A stretch of DNA of 64,000 bases from Caecitellus pseudoparvulus (taxonomy: Eukaryota; Protista; Bigyra: Bicosoecida). Shown piece after piece: positions 10,529 through 21,800 of this stretch; the first letter of the stretch is position 1, and each line of letters starts with the position of its first letter. The notes under the pieces are model-generated. The model ran no database searches. It was given only the letters and a program-made list of their open reading frames with translations, and was not told where the DNA came from. The stretch lies in assembly GCA_965644315.1 (NCBI GenBank), contig CBFFRQ010000031.1, positions 62,001 through 126,000 on the forward strand, given 5' to 3'. The position numbers and the translations under genes are program-made.

Positions 10529-13178
10529 TCAAAGCTGCACAGTGGCCGGCTGGCTGGCCAGGGCAGACACAGCACGCTGCATGGCGTGGTGCCTGGCGGA
10601 CACCACCAAGTCTGCCGCTGCCGGGGTGGGCAAGTACGTCCCACCCAGTCCGTGCAGTGCCGTGACAGCGGTGAGAGTGCCAGGTGTTGCGAGGGCCGCG
10701 CCTGTGCCCGGCCCTGCCTGGGGCGGCCCGAAGGAAAGGGGCAACTGAGTCGTGCGCATGAATGCAGCCCGGGGCATGTGGGTGGTGGATGGATACTGCA
10801 TGACGGCATATGGCTGCGCCTGCTGCCTACGTGGCGAGCTGTACAGGGAAGCCTGCTGGTGCTGCGGATGTGCTCCCCATGCCTGGGGCTGGGGCTGCAA
10901 GATTTGCACTGGGACGCCGAGCTGCTGCACGCCGCTGGGCGGTCGAGGGAGTGGCATGTGGACCTGTCGATGCTGCTCGAAGTGCGATTTGGGAGGCTGC
11001 GCAGGCCACGAGGTGCACTTGCTGGCAGGGTTGGGGGGGACTTTTGCTTGGGTCAGAGCTGGTCGGCGTTTGGCCGGCGGGCATGTCTTGCGCTGGGCGC
11101 CGCTCGCTTCCCGCGAGCGCTTGGTACCACCCACCGCTGTGCTCAGGCCCGGCGTCACACTCGGGGGTGGCGCTTGGTGTGGTTGGGAGGCAATGCGGAA
11201 GGAAAATGCTGCAGGGGCTGCCAAGGTCAAGTGGGGCCGGGACAGGGACGTGGGAGCCAGGAGAAGCTGCGTCACGGCCCACACTGCACGCATGCGCCAG
11301 GGGGCGGCATCTGTGAATGCTCGGCCACCATCCAGCGCGCCATACGTTCCCACGACAGAGAGAGTGTTCGCTGAGTTGTTGGATGCTGTGGGGTGCACGC
11401 CAGGGGGCGGTAGCGTGCCACTTGCAAAGCCACGCCGCAGTGCAGCTGCACTTGACGTGTCGGCGGCGGGGGGAAACGCAGGCAACAGGGCTGCCAGGCG
11501 CTCCCGCGGGTGCCTCACCTTCAAGTGCACTTTGCCAGCACCAATTGCCACGTTGAGCCAGGGCGCGCCGGTGCCTTGGCCCTGCACAGTGCCCATCGCG
11601 TGGAGGACGAAGAGCAGGGCTGGAGCCCTGGCCAGGGGCCCGCTGCCAAACCACTCCCCGATGCGCAGCATCACCTCTGCGTGAGGAGCAGGCAAGGTGC
11701 CGACGGCCACAGACCCCTCCACAACTTTCAGGAAAGGGGCGGGAGAGGCCTGAGGCAGGGCGGGGCGTTCCCCGCAAGCTTCCCACAGGAAGGGTGTCAC
11801 AAGTCTGTCAGCCGCCACGCGAGCATCCCAGTCTGCCCGGCGGGCACCCCGCTCCTGGCTCAGGAGGGCGTCAGAGTTGGCCAGTACAGCCTTCCAGAAA
11901 CTTGGAAGGAGGTGCAGGAGCCCCCTTGTCGCGGGTTGCGTGGAGAGGTCGCCAATGAAAGCCGCCCATGCCTTGCAGAAGGCAGTGCGGGCCAGCTCGA
12001 CGTGCAGTGCGGCAGACACCTCCAAGTCCCATGCGGGGGCGCGAGGGCCGCCCAACGCGTCATCCAGGGGCAACAAGAAATGTGCATATGCTCGTCGGAT
12101 GCGGTTGGGAGCAGATTTCGACCTGGCGCTGTCTGGGTTTGCAGCGCGCATGGCCTTGAAAACGGCCGAATACGACATGGCCCGGCTGCTGGAGCAGAGC
12201 AGGGCGTGGCCTCCAGCCCGCCGGACGTGTTGGTACAGCGTGTGCAAGCAAAGTGGCTGCTGCGCCACCTGGATGAAGGGCTTGCCTGTCTGGCTGCTCG
12301 GCGCCGTCGCCGCAAGGGCAGTGCCCCGGTGCCCACGGCGCAGGCCGACACGCGTGGCTGCGCCGCCCGCCACACGAGCTTGCTCGCCCCACGCCTTGCA
12401 TGGGGTGTCCTTCACGCTGCTGCTTGCCTGCAGCAGGAACTTTGCGGCCTGCCCCCGCGCAGTCGGTGTGGGGCAGGGGGGTGTGAACGGGTCCGAAGCG
12501 GTTTCACCCCGCTGATCCTGGCCTGCCGGCTGTCTGCTGGAGGGCAGCCCGTGCCCGCCAGGCAAGGACGCCTGGGACGTGACGCTGGCGGAGCACTCGT
12601 CAGGCATGCCCGTGGCCCTGTCCTGGCCAGCCTGCAGCAGCACCAGCACCTCGGCTGCCGCAGGGCTGCTGGAAACGTCTGGAAGTGGGGAGCCCCACGT
12701 GAGCACACTCTCCGTGGCTGCTCTTCGTCCCCCTGCCCCGCCGACGATGCTGCACACCTCGTGGAAGTCAGGGTGTTCCAGGCCCTCCACCAGGCGTAGA
12801 ACGAAGAAAACATCCGCGGCGAAACGGTTGGGGTGCGCAGATGCCGCGTTTGAGCCTGTGCAGGGGGCGAGGGCAATGCCTCACGCGCCGTCGAAAACCA
12901 GGCGGGTTGCAACGCGATGCAGCGCTTCGAGCCGCACCCTTTCCAAGCGGCGAGGCTGGGCACGGCGCCGGATCTTCTTCGCTGTGTGGTTGTACGAGGC
13001 AAAGAAAATCCACTGCCGTTGTTGACGCTTCCATGGCCTGCTTCAGGAGCTCCGCGCGACTGATTTGAGGTGAAGCTGCGCTGGAGCGCCCTTGCGCCGG
13101 CACATCGCTTCGCTCTGCCACGCCTGGCTCGCCAAGCGCAGCCGGCCCTTCCAACTTTTTAGCAAGGGAGGCACTCAT
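10529..13178 (-). CDS. ARID/BRIGHT-domain protein with low-complexity Q/P-rich C-terminus
   Basis: ATG at 13178 and one predicted intron (AAG G|gtgcgg...cacag|GC). ARID-like PFIQVAQQPLCLHTLYQHVRRAGGH...NRIRRAYAHFLLPLD at about 12070-12280. Confidence 0.65.
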
Positions 13179-13448
13179 GCTAGGTGTTCAGGATCCTGTT
13201 GCGTCTTGATTTCCGCTGGTACTCGTGGTGGAGGCTGCACACGAGCTGGGAAACGGGGCTTGTTTGAGGAGCCCACGTTGCGTGCTGGGGGGGAGATGCA
13301 AAGCAGCTCTTCCCACGCCGTGCGAGTGGACAGAGTGGTTCAGGAACACCACTGTGGGTGTGACAAATCGAAGGTTGTCCTCAAACGAGCCTGGGTCGAG
13401 TCAGAAGTTTGCCGCCACACCCCGATTGCCTGCCGCTGGAGTGAGGCC

Positions 13449-14327
13449 ATGACAGCGCAGGGGCCTGCCGAAGCAGCTTCGGCTGAGCCCGCTGCGTGGC
13501 TGAGGCTGCAGCCGGAATGGCAGTGCACCGCTGAAGACGTCTTCAGCATCCCAGAGCACTTCCTCGCACCCACGTGGCGCATGATGGTGCTGGGGGATGG
13601 CTCGCCCACCCGCCACTTGCACCTGCTCAGCGGGTGAGCTGCCGTGCTGGGCAAAGGGGTTGTGTGGCCAACCGCCACGCCGCCTGTCCTCCCTTCCGCA
13701 GGAGCAAGACCAAGGTGGACGTCATTGACATGGCATCCATTGGCTCTGACGATGATGGAGCTCCCTCTGCCGTGGAACTCGTGGAAGCACCCCGGGTCCG
13801 GCGCCAGGTGCGGAGAACACCAGCCCTGTCTCTGCGGGGCGTGATTCGTGCGGTAATTGCTACCCCTGACCCCGCAGGTTTGGCTGGAAAACGAGCGGGG
13901 AGAGCGCATGGGGTATGCAACATCCTGGTGGAACGAAGCACTTGTAAAGCAGCACCTTCGTGACGAAGCCCTCCCCATTTGGGTGTCCCTGGCCAGCCGT
14001 AAGACGGAAATCTTCCGCGAAATACTGGGTGGGTGCCCCTCGCGACGTGGCCAAGAGCGCCTGTGCAGCGCTCCCCTGCGCTTGACCTCTCCTGCAGGTG
14101 TGTACCGTGGTACAAACTCGGCTTTGGAGGCAGCATTCGGGCACAAGGGGCCATTCTGGGGGCGCCACTACATATTCTGGCACAACGGGCGCCCTATGAC
14201 ACTTATTTACGAAGTCTTCTCGCCACACCTGGAGACGTACCTGGGCCCCATGATTCCGCCCACTGTCAGTGCCGTGGTGCCAAGCGGCGAACCGGAAGCA
14301 GCCAAGCAGGAGAAGGTGGCTGAGTAG
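13449..14327 (+). CDS. Chorismate pyruvate-lyase, cyanobacterial/Ycf21 (DUF98) type
   Basis: Introns 13634-13701, 13808-13877 and 14029-14097. Spliced motifs [43 protein letters not shown] and [26 protein letters not shown]. Confidence 0.88.
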
Positions 14328-14529
14328 CTTGCAGTGTATGAAGAGCGCTCACAGACGGGAAGTCAGACCATGCCTGGGCTGGGGACAAATTCGTCACACC
14401 TCGGATGCTTTCCCGATGCCAGTGATAGGGTCATCTTGTGCCACAGTGACAGCCCCTTGCCTGCGCCCCAGCCTGAGCTGCGCTCTCCACCGCGAACGCC
14501 AGCGAACCCAGCGGAAATTGGTTGCAACC

Positions 14530-16041
14530 ATGGCAGCATCAGCACCCCCTGCTGGCAAGGCAGTCGGTAAGGATCCCAAATGTTTCTGGCAATGCATGCG
14601 TTTGAGCCTGCATGGCGCCTGTGCATGCTTGATTGCAGGGTTTGTTGACCCAGAGCCGGCCAGTGCGCGGCCACGCCTGCCCGTCACTGTGCTCAGTGGG
14701 TACCTCGGTGCGGGCAAGACCACCTTGTTGCAGCACATCCTCCGCAACCGGGAGGGGTTGAAGGTGGCCATCATCGTGAACGACATGAGTGAAGTGAACG
14801 TGGACGCGCACACGGTGGAGGGCGGGTCAGGCGACGTGGCGTTGAAGCACGCAGACGAGAAGATGGTGGAGATGCACAATGGCTGCATTTGCTGCACTCT
14901 GCGGGAGGACCTGCTGACCGAGGTGGCTGCGCTGGCCGACGAGGGCCGCTTCGACTACCTGGTCATTGAAAGCACCGGCATCAGCGAGCCCATGCCGGTG
15001 GCGGAGACGTTCACCTTCGACGACATGACCACCGGCCGCGCCCTCAGTGACGTGGCCCGCCTGGACACCATGGTCACCGTCGTGGACGCTGTGAATTGGT
15101 TAAAGGACTACATGTCTAGGGACTCCCTGGCCGACCGAGACATGGCGGCGGGCGAGGGCGACGAGCGGCACATCGTGCACCTGCTCACCGACCAGGTGGA
15201 GTTCGCTGACGTCATCATCGTGAACAAGGTCTCCTCCGCTACACCTGACGAGTTGCAGACGCTGCTGGGCATCCTGAAGCGCCTGAACCCCACCGCCCAA
15301 GTGCAGCAGACCGACCACAGCGCAGTGCCCCTCACCAGCATCCTGAACACCCGCCTGTTCTCCATGGAGAGGGCCGCCTCCCGGCCTGGCTGGCTGGCCG
15401 AGCTGCGAGGCGAACATGTGCCTGAGACTGAGGAGTACGGCATCACGTCCTTCATCTTCAGGGCTCGCCGGCCCCTGCACACAGGCCGCCTGCAGGCCCT
15501 GGTGGCGGACCGCAGCGGCCCCTGGGGCACAGTCGTGCGCTCCAAGGGGCTGGCATGGCTGGCCACGTGGAACTACGAGAGTGTGCAGTGGAACCACGCC
15601 GGCTCCTTGTTCAACTTGACGCCCCTGCGCCCCTGGTGGGTGGAGGTGCCTGAGGACGAGTGGCCGGAGGGGTTGGCAGCCAAGGTGAAGGGGGACAGCT
15701 GGGACCCCGTGTGGGGGGACCGGCAGCAGGAGCTGGTGGTCATTGGCGTGCACATGGACAAAGACGCCGTGCGTGCTGCCCTGGAGAAGACCCTGGTCAC
15801 GGACGAGGAGCTGGCTGAGGGGCCGGAGGGGTGGGAGGAGTGGGACTGCCCTTGGGGCGATGTCTGGATTGACGATGGCGAAGAGGAGGAGGAGGAGGAA
15901 GAGGAGGCGCATGCGCCTGCGTGTGACAGCGCGCCCCACTCCCACGATGGCGTGCCCTGCACCGCGAGCGGACACGCGCCCATGGCTGAGCTGACGTACG
16001 ACGGGGAGGCCTTGGACGACGAAGGCGACGACACGGCATGA
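14530..16041 (+). CDS. COG0523/CobW-family (YciC/ZigA-like) zinc metallochaperone GTPase
   Basis: Motifs [34 protein letters not shown] and [12 protein letters not shown]; acidic tail with His/Cys residues; probable in-frame intron 14567-14638. Confidence 0.92.
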   Translation: MAASAPPAGKAVGKDPKCFWQCMRLSLHGACACLIAGFVDPEPASARPRLPVTVLSGYLGAGKTTLLQHILRNREGLKVAIIVNDMSEVNVDAHTVEGGSGDVALKHADEKMVEMHNGCICCTLREDLLTEVAALADEGRFDYLVIESTGISEPMPVAETFTFDDMTTGRALSDVARLDTMVTVVDAVNWLKDYMSRDSLADRDMAAGEGDERHIVHLLTDQVEFADVIIVNKVSSATPDELQTLLGILKRLNPTAQVQQTDHSAVPLTSILNTRLFSMERAASRPGWLAELRGEHVPETEEYGITSFIFRARRPLHTGRLQALVADRSGPWGTVVRSKGLAWLATWNYESVQWNHAGSLFNLTPLRPWWVEVPEDEWPEGLAAKVKGDSWDPVWGDRQQELVVIGVHMDKDAVRAALEKTLVTDEELAEGPEGWEEWDCPWGDVWIDDGEEEEEEEEEAHAPACDSAPHSHDGVPCTASGHAPMAELTYDGEALDDEGDDTA

Positions 16042-16066
16042 CCTCCAGGCGCCATGCCTGCACGGC

Positions 16067-16998
16067 TCACAGCCTTGACGAAAACCCGCCGTCCACGTGC
16101 AGCACCTGCCCAGTGATGCCTCGCCCAGCGGGAGAGGACAAGTACGCACACAGCGCCCCCACGTCACTTGTCGGGCTGTCCTGCGCCACCAGTTTGCGCG
16201 CCTCAGCCTCCTGTGCCAGGGTGGTGAAGTCTCGAATGCCCCGCGCCGCCACGGTTTGGCAGGGCGGCGCCGACACGGCGTTCACCGTGACGCCGGCAGG
16301 CCCCACGGCCGCCGCCAGCTGCCGCACGACGCCCTCCAGACTGGCCTTGGCAGGGCCCATGACGCTGTACGCAGAGCTGGCCTGGAGTGGGCAGAGGGAT
16401 TGAAGAGGAGAGGCAATGCAGAGTGAGGTTGTGCCGCGCGCTTGCTCTCGGGGGGACGGGGAGGGGGTACTCACCCGTGTGGCGCCAAGGTACGTTAGGG
16501 TCTGCACGGCACCGCCTCCCCCTGCCTCCAGACCCGGCAGCAGGGCGCGAGTGAGGGCCAAAAGGGAGTACGAGCTGACGTCATGTGCGGCTGCAAATGC
16601 CTCGCGGGAGGTGGCGAGGATGCCCCCCTTCATGGCGTCCGCCGGCGCCCAGGCGATGCAGTGCGCCAGGCCGGCAAGGTTGCCCCCACTGGCTTCCAGC
16701 ACTTGTTCTGCAGCGCACGCAATGCTGGAGTCCGATGCCACGTCACACTCCACAATGGGTGCGTTTGCCATGCCGGCCTCCTGCAGCAGCCGCTCTGCAC
16801 GTCCCCTGAAACGTCCAGACTGCACGCCCACCACCACCCTCGCGCCCTGATTGCTCAATGCCTACGATTGGCAGGCGCTCAGAGTTGCACAGAGGCTGAA
16901 GGGTACTCCACGGCCAATGCACGCACTTGAATGATGCCCCAGGCAAGGGATCTGTGATTGCACAGCCCAAACACAGCACACGTCTGCCCTCGGAGCAT
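16067..16998 (-). CDS. fabI: Enoyl-ACP reductase, bacterial FabI type
   Basis: Exon 1 reads MLRGQTCAVFGLCNHRSLAWGIIQ; introns 16926-16862 and 16474-16382. Motifs CDV, HCIAWAP, DVSSYSL, LTYLG, catalytic YSVMGPAK (Y-x6-K), VNAVSA and ITGQVLHVDGG. Confidence 0.9.
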
Positions 16999-17182
16999 GC
17001 TGTGCAGATGAACGTTTCGCCTGCGTTTCACCTCTGCTCAACCTGGCAACCTGCACCCTGCCGCGGGAACGATGGACAGCGGGCGCTTTCGAGCAATTCA
17101 TGTATTTACAGGGATCATTGCGGAAGAAACTGTATTTTGCTTGCGCGAGGCTGCGCCTGGGAGCCGTGCACTCGCCCGATTG

Positions 17183-18451
17183 CTACCCTGGCGTGCAGTC
17201 TCCAACAAGCATGCTTACGAGGTCTTGAGTGCTCACCTCCCGCATGTGCACGGAGCCGCCTTCCTCCAGCCGCATCTGCACGCCCTTCCCTCTGAAGCCA
17301 CGCGTGGCCTCTGCCCCTGAAGCTTCACACAGCACCCACTGGCCACACCCCGGCAGGGACGCCCCTGCACCAATGGCAGGGCCAAAGAGCACCACCCCTG
17401 CAGCTGCTGCACATGCGCCTTCCAGAGCTGCAATACACTCCACACAAGCTGCAGCCTTTGGTTCGCCAGCATGCTGGCAGGGGCCCAACGAAACGGCCAC
17501 CAGGTCAGTGGAGCTGTACACCGGCGCTGGAGCAGCAGCGCCACTGCCCTGGGCGGATGCCACCCAGCCAGCAGAGGCCCACCTTAGAATGCCATAGGGT
17601 CCACTTTCCACACCACTGCCCTGGGCCGTCCAACGGCACTCGGCAGGCTGCGCAGATCCCTCGCTCTGCACTAGCCGCCCGTGGTTTGCCACGTCGCCAG
17701 TGCTCCCAGTGACCACGACACGCGAAGTGGAACGCGTTTCTTGTTGTGCAGAACTTGGGGGCTCTTCGTCTGCCACGGCACCCCGGATTGGTGTCTCTGG
17801 TGTCGCTGGCTCCGCACCTCGGGTGCGCCACACCTGCCCTGGGTGGCTCAGTCGCGAAGCGCCCACTCGTGGGGACGCTGACGGAGACGACACTCGCTGC
17901 AAAGGTCGCAAAGCAGAAGACAGAAGCTTTGCTGCAGGTGAGGCAACCCTGTACATGGACTGTGGCTGCACCCTACGGGCCGGGGTGGCTGCATCGGAGC
18001 GGGCCTGCCGTTGCGGTGTGGAGCGATGCTTTGAAGCGGCCAGTGCCGCCCGTCTCACTGCAGGTGACAAGCCGATGCGATCCTGAGCACTCTTTTGGTG
18101 TCGTTCTCGGTCTGGAGAAGAGCATGGCAGGCAGGGTGCTTCTGCTGAGCGCGCTGTGCGTGTCAATGATGCCCGTTGAGGCGTGGCCAATTTCCGCAGC
18201 AAACCCAGCCCCAAACCAGGAGAAGCGCGGGTCTCACGCCCCTCCACGTGCCCCCATCGCAACCCTGATGCATGACACTTTACATCCATATCCCACTCTG
18301 TGCGTCCGTCTGCCACGTGCAGCCAGCGTGTCTCAAGGTCCCTGGCATGATTCTGTGGCAAGTCTGCTTTGGCACGGCACTCACACTGCAGCTCGTCCTG
18401 CTTTGGTGGGGAGGATCCAAACAGGACAGCGTCTAGATCTTTGGCTCGCAT
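17183..18451 (-). CDS. Hypothetical protein (S/P/R-rich middle, possible small C-terminal domain); start uncertain
   Basis: 422-codon ORF filling the gap between FabI and the TPR gene; no recognised motif. Confidence 0.35.
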   Translation of the reverse strand: MRAKDLDAVLFGSSPPKQDELQCECRAKADLPQNHARDLETRWLHVADGRTEWDMDVKCHASGLRWGHVEGRETRASPGLGLGLLRKLATPQRASLTRTARSAEAPCLPCSSPDRERHQKSAQDRIGLSPAVRRAALAASKHRSTPQRQARSDAATPARRVQPQSMYRVASPAAKLLSSALRPLQRVSSPSASPRVGASRLSHPGQVWRTRGAEPATPETPIRGAVADEEPPSSAQQETRSTSRVVVTGSTGDVANHGRLVQSEGSAQPAECRWTAQGSGVESGPYGILRWASAGWVASAQGSGAAAPAPVYSSTDLVAVSLGPCQHAGEPKAAACVECIAALEGACAAAAGVVLFGPAIGAGASLPGCGQWVLCEASGAEATRGFRGKGVQMRLEEGGSVHMREVSTQDLVSMLVGDCTPG

Positions 18452-18871
18452 GCATCACGGCAACACCTGGCCTGCAGACCTTCGCACGCACCCGCTTGCC
18501 TGCGATCGGGAGGGGACCTCGCAGCAGTCGGCTGCAGCCACAGCACGTCACCACACAATATTTCGGACCCAGAAACATCCTCATGCAGCTGTCATTGTTC
18601 TCTTTGAGTCGCCCTCGTCGCCTCGGAGGCTCCTGCATCCTGGCGAGCCCTTGCGAGGGGCAGTGTGGTGTGCTAGCAGGTCGCTGCGACAACCGGGCAT
18701 AGTCAGCTTCTTTGCAGCTCCGGGCGCCACGTGGCATGCACCGCCTTCACCTGCACGTTCCTCATCCCTTCCTATCCTTGAACTGTTTTTGCTTTCACCA
18801 CTTTCCCGCGCTGCTTCGCAGGAGGTAGCCGTGCTCGAAGCAGGAGCCAATCGCCAGCTGCTGATGTAGAC

Positions 18872-21800
18872 ATGGCCGCAGCTTCGCCTCCAAGCCATGC
18901 GGAAGCAACTGCCTTGGCCGGGCTTCAGACTGAATTCCGACAGCTGGCTGCTTCGTGGAATACTTGTCAAGAAGCCATGGTCAAACTGAAAGAGCAGGAG
19001 GCGAACTTCCAGTACGACACGCAGAAACGGCAACATCTGGAGAGCGAGTTGGAGCGCCTGCCGCGAGACTACTCACAGTGCACGCTTGCTTTGTTGGACG
19101 CAGTATTTCACTGCATCGTTGCAGATGTCAGGGTCGAAGCGTGTACGCCACACACAGCCGCGGAGCTGGCCCAGCTGCGCCTGCAGGACAGCCTGGCCGC
19201 CATTGACGACGGCGTGCCAGACCTCAACGACTTGCGAGCAGTTGCACAAGCGGTGAGGACCATCGCAGACCAGCTGGCGCTGCACGCACAGGTATGCCCA
19301 TTGGCTGCTGCGGCTAGCTGTGAAGCGTACGACGTTGCTCTGGAGCGCCTCCGGGTCGCCTGTGCGCCGGGTGCCCTGCCAGCAGCGGACGCGGTGGACA
19401 ACTTGCAGGCGAAAGGCATGATCGCGGCGCTGTTCCCTGGCCACATATGTGGCGGATTGGAGGTTGCACTGCGTGCCTATGAGTCGTGTCTGGCGCTGGA
19501 AGTTGAACAGGGTGACGGCGAGGCTGAGTTTCGCCGTCTGCGGGAGCTGGCCAGCACGGCTGCGAGTCAGTGCGCGCTGCCAGTCGCATGCCACTACCTT
19601 GAGCGCTTGGCGGCAGTGCAGCGCAAGGCGTTGCAGGGTGCTTCTGTCACAGCCGAAGTGCATGTGGGCTTGGACCCTGGCGAGCAGGTGACGTGGGCAA
19701 GGTGGCTGCGCATGGTGCATCAGCGGTGTACGCTCCTCTTGCAGCACGTCGCATTCCTGAACGACCCCGCAGCTGTGTGTGCTCAAGCGGGCCTAGCCCT
19801 GAGCGAAGTGGAAGCTGTGCTGAACTTGCCATTCTGCCTTGACCACCGGCCAGGTCATGATGCCAGCCCCAGGGCAGAAATGCTGGCGTGTCTGGACGCC
19901 ATGGCTGCACAAGTTCGAGAGTCCCTCAGCGCTGTGGCTGAGCTGCTCCCCGAGCCTTTGCAGGCCAGTGCGGAAGCTAGCCTTGTACAGAGGTGTGTCG
20001 ACGACGTCACGGCATGGTTGCAGCTCGTGGACAGCGTCGTGGATGACTGCGCTGCGCTGCAGGAAGCTCGTCGCAGCGTGAAGGCTGGGCGCCCCAAGCA
20101 GCACACGGACATGCTCCGAGCGACCATGAGAGCACTGCAAGTTGCAGCTGGAAAGCTTCGTGCTGCTCTGGAAATTCCCCAGGTGAAGGAACTGCTCCTG
20201 CGCATTGACGAGAAGCATGCGGGCCTGACGGTGGATCTGGCGGAGGCGCTAGGCGCCGACGAGGACTCTGCGGAAGTTGCCCAGCTGCTTGAAGGACAGC
20301 TGAAGCAGCTGATGAGCGGTGAAGATGCCCTCACTGAAGCCATGCTGGCCACAAAGTTGCCGCCGGGTGAAGGTGACACGGGGCGGCGGTTGCAGCTCGC
20401 CAAAGCCCGCCAGGCACTCCTGTTCGGCCTCAGATGCAGCTCCGCCTGGTGCACGGCAGAGCGGTGGGACAGCGCCAGCGCCATCATCACAGATGTTGCG
20501 CAGTACCTTGTGCATCAAGGGCATCAGTCAGTGGAGTGGCGGAGCGACAGCCTGTCCACCCTGGAGGCCACAGTGCTGAGCAGCATGGCGTGGATGCAGC
20601 TTGCGCGAGCGCAGCAAGCTCAAGGGCACCACATGGCCTTCTTCAACACACTCTCCGAGAAAGTCCTGCCCCAGCTCACTGCAGAGTTGAGTGCTCAGGA
20701 GGAAGCCGTGTTTGCCGCCGCTGCATCCAGCGGCGACCACGGTGCTCTGCTTGCCGCTGCTGTCTGGCACTGTGGGCAAGACCTCGCGCGCGGGGCGCTG
20801 GAGTCGCTTGCCAGGCGCACCATGAACACATATGATGTCCGGCAGCTAGAGGTGTCCTATGCTCAGCTTGCTCCGCAGGTTGATGCGCTGGGGGCGTGGA
20901 GGGGCCGGGCTGAGCAGCTTGCAGACCTGCATGATGCATGGCAGGCATGGCACGGCACAGACCCTGGCAGCCAAAGCGCCCCCATGTCGCCTGCTGGTGA
21001 GGGCCCTCCTCCATTCTCCTTGGCCACTTCCACTGCGTTCTTGTGGAAGCTTCCCGCTGCGCCTCAGGAGTGCACGTGTGCAGCTGCGCAGCCGGCCTTC
21101 CTCGCCGGCCTTGTGAAGTGCAGAGCGGCGCAGGCGACGCTGGCCAAGTCTCATGGGCGCGTGCCAGCCCAAGACACCCGGCAGGCCATGCCCGCCTTGC
21201 CTGAATGCGACACAAGCGCATTGCAGGAAGGTCACAGGCAGTTGTGGGGCGCCGCTTCTGCCCTGGTCTCCAGCTTCGCCGAGCCACCCGCAGGCGGCAC
21301 AGCAGAGGACTGGCCATTTCCTTTGTGGGGCTTTGAATGCCTCGCTCTGGCGGTGACCTTTGGCATGGCCGTGCAGGCGGCTTCGTGGGATGACATCCTG
21401 CGCTTGGCCACGGCTGGACTGTCCATGGCCAACACGGACACTGTGCAGGGCAGCGCCCGCCTGCAGCTCGCCGTGGGCCAGCTTCACCTCGCAGCCGTTC
21501 GCGGTCTGTCGCGGGTGAAGGGGCCTGGAGAAGCCTTGGGGTTCGCCTCTGACACTGCACAGCGCCTTGAAGTCCTGACTCAAGCAGCCATGCAAGCCTT
21601 GCTTGACCAGGAGGATGGGGGGGCAGGCGACGCAGACCTGGCCAAGGCGGGGCGCCTGGCGTGCCACCTGCAGGCTCTGCACATCGCAGCCCTTGCAGAC
21701 CTCGCCCACCTCCACGCGCTCACAGTGGATGAAGCAGGTTCAGGGAACCCGGTGGGGGCGGCCCTGCAGCAGTGCATGCGGTTCGTGGACAAATACTGCC

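Noticed and set aside
13449-16998. Bacterial contamination or an operon
   Set aside because: All three bacterial-like genes carry GT-AG introns of the host size class, are not all co-oriented, and are flanked by eukaryotic genes.
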